From sequence record AF419420.1: a stretch of 285 nt of DNA. One strand, given 5' to 3'. The notes under the pieces are model-generated. The model saw only the letters and a list, made by a program, of their open reading frames with translations, was not told the origin of the DNA and did no database searches. This stretch comes from a phage. Shown one piece after another: positions 1 through 285 of the stretch (positions within the stretch are counted from its first letter, which is position 1; each line of letters begins with the position of its first letter). The position numbers were made by a program, and so were the translations under genes.

Positions 1-285
1 ATGGCTATGTCTAACATGACTTACAACAACGTTTTCGACCACGCTTACGAAATGCTGAAAGAAAACATCCGTTATGATGACATCCGTGACACTGATGACC
101 TGCACGATGCTATTCACATGGCTGCCAATAATGCAGTTCCGCACTACTACGCTGACATCTTTAGCGTAATGGCAAGTGAGGGCATTGACCTTGAGTTCGA
201 AGACTCTGGTCTGATGTCTGACACCAAGGACGTAATTCGCATCCTGCAAGCGCGTATCTATGAGCAATTAACGATTGACCTCTGG
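1..285 (+). CDS. ocr: Phage T7-type gene 0.3 protein Ocr (DNA-mimic anti-restriction protein, inhibitor of Type I R-M enzymes); 3'-partial, the stop codon and C-terminal tail lie beyond the window
   Basis: Seen in sequence: ATG at nt 1 and frame 1 open for all 95 codons, while + frames 2 and 3 hit stops almost at once (TGA at 16-18, TAA at 12-14). The translation has 19 Asp+Glu against 6 Lys+Arg. Codon choice is host-preferred: His 4/4 CAC, Arg 4/4 CGT/CGC, Asp 10/13 GAC, Asn 4/6 AAC, Leu mostly CTG. Established knowledge, recalled not searched: the peptide matches T7 gp0.3 Ocr (117 aa) nearly residue for residue, including the [31 protein letters not shown]-terminus and the ...[19 protein letters not shown] segment that precedes the acidic C-terminal tail. 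Confidence 0.95.
   Translation, partial: MAMSNMTYNNVFDHAYEMLKENIRYDDIRDTDDLHDAIHMAANNAVPHYYADIFSVMASEGIDLEFEDSGLMSDTKDVIRILQARIYEQLTIDLW

Noticed and set aside
65-87. Direct 8-nt repeat ACATCCGT at 65-72 and 80-87, plus repeated TGATGAC at 75-81 and 93-99
   Set aside because: The repeats are in-frame consequences of repeated dipeptides (Ile-Arg at residues 23-24 and 28-29, Asp-Asp at 26-27 and 32-33) encoded with the same preferred codons. There is no evidence of a regulatory site or repeat element.
1-267. Long open frame on the minus strand, directly antisense to the ocr codon frame, with no reverse-strand stop until the one corresponding to + strand TTA at 268-270
   Set aside because: It has no ATG start in that frame (every sense His codon is CAC, giving only GTG antisense). 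It is the usual mirror-image open frame seen opposite codon-biased genes. The sense frame is fully explained by a known protein, so a real antisense gene is not supported.
184-281. Repeated ATTGACCT at 184-191 and 274-281, each containing a TTGACC hexamer resembling a sigma70 -35 box (TTGACA)
   Set aside because: Both copies encode Ile-Asp-Leu (residues 62-64 and 92-94). No acceptable -10 hexamer lies 16-19 nt downstream of the first copy, and the downstream partner of the second would fall outside the window. This is most simply coding-driven repetition, not an internal promoter.
1-285. Possibility that the window encodes a previously undescribed defence or anti-defence system
   Set aside because: The entire window is accounted for by one reading frame whose product I recognise as the long-characterised T7 Ocr protein. 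There is no unexplained sequence left over, so a claim of novelty is not supportable.
1-285. RNA genes, CRISPR repeats, terminators or mobile-element ends
   Set aside because: There are no spacer-separated repeats, no GC-rich hairpin followed by a T-run, no cloverleaf-compatible structure and no inverted terminal repeats. The sequence is uniformly protein-coding in character.

Overview
The whole window is a single uninterrupted + strand reading frame (nt 1-285, 95 codons) that starts at an ATG on nt 1 and runs off the 3' edge without a stop. Its translation is [96 protein letters not shown] recognise this from memory as the N-terminal ~80% of bacteriophage T7 gene 0.3 protein Ocr (overcome classical restriction), the acidic DNA-mimic that blocks host Type I restriction-modification enzymes. 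It is a well-characterised anti-defence gene, not a previously undescribed system, and I see nothing in the window that supports a novel system. No RNA genes, CRISPR repeats, mobile-element ends, promoters or terminators are supportable here. The points worth checking are two codons that may differ from the canonical T7 sequence as I recall it, the strong acidic bias, and the 3' truncation.
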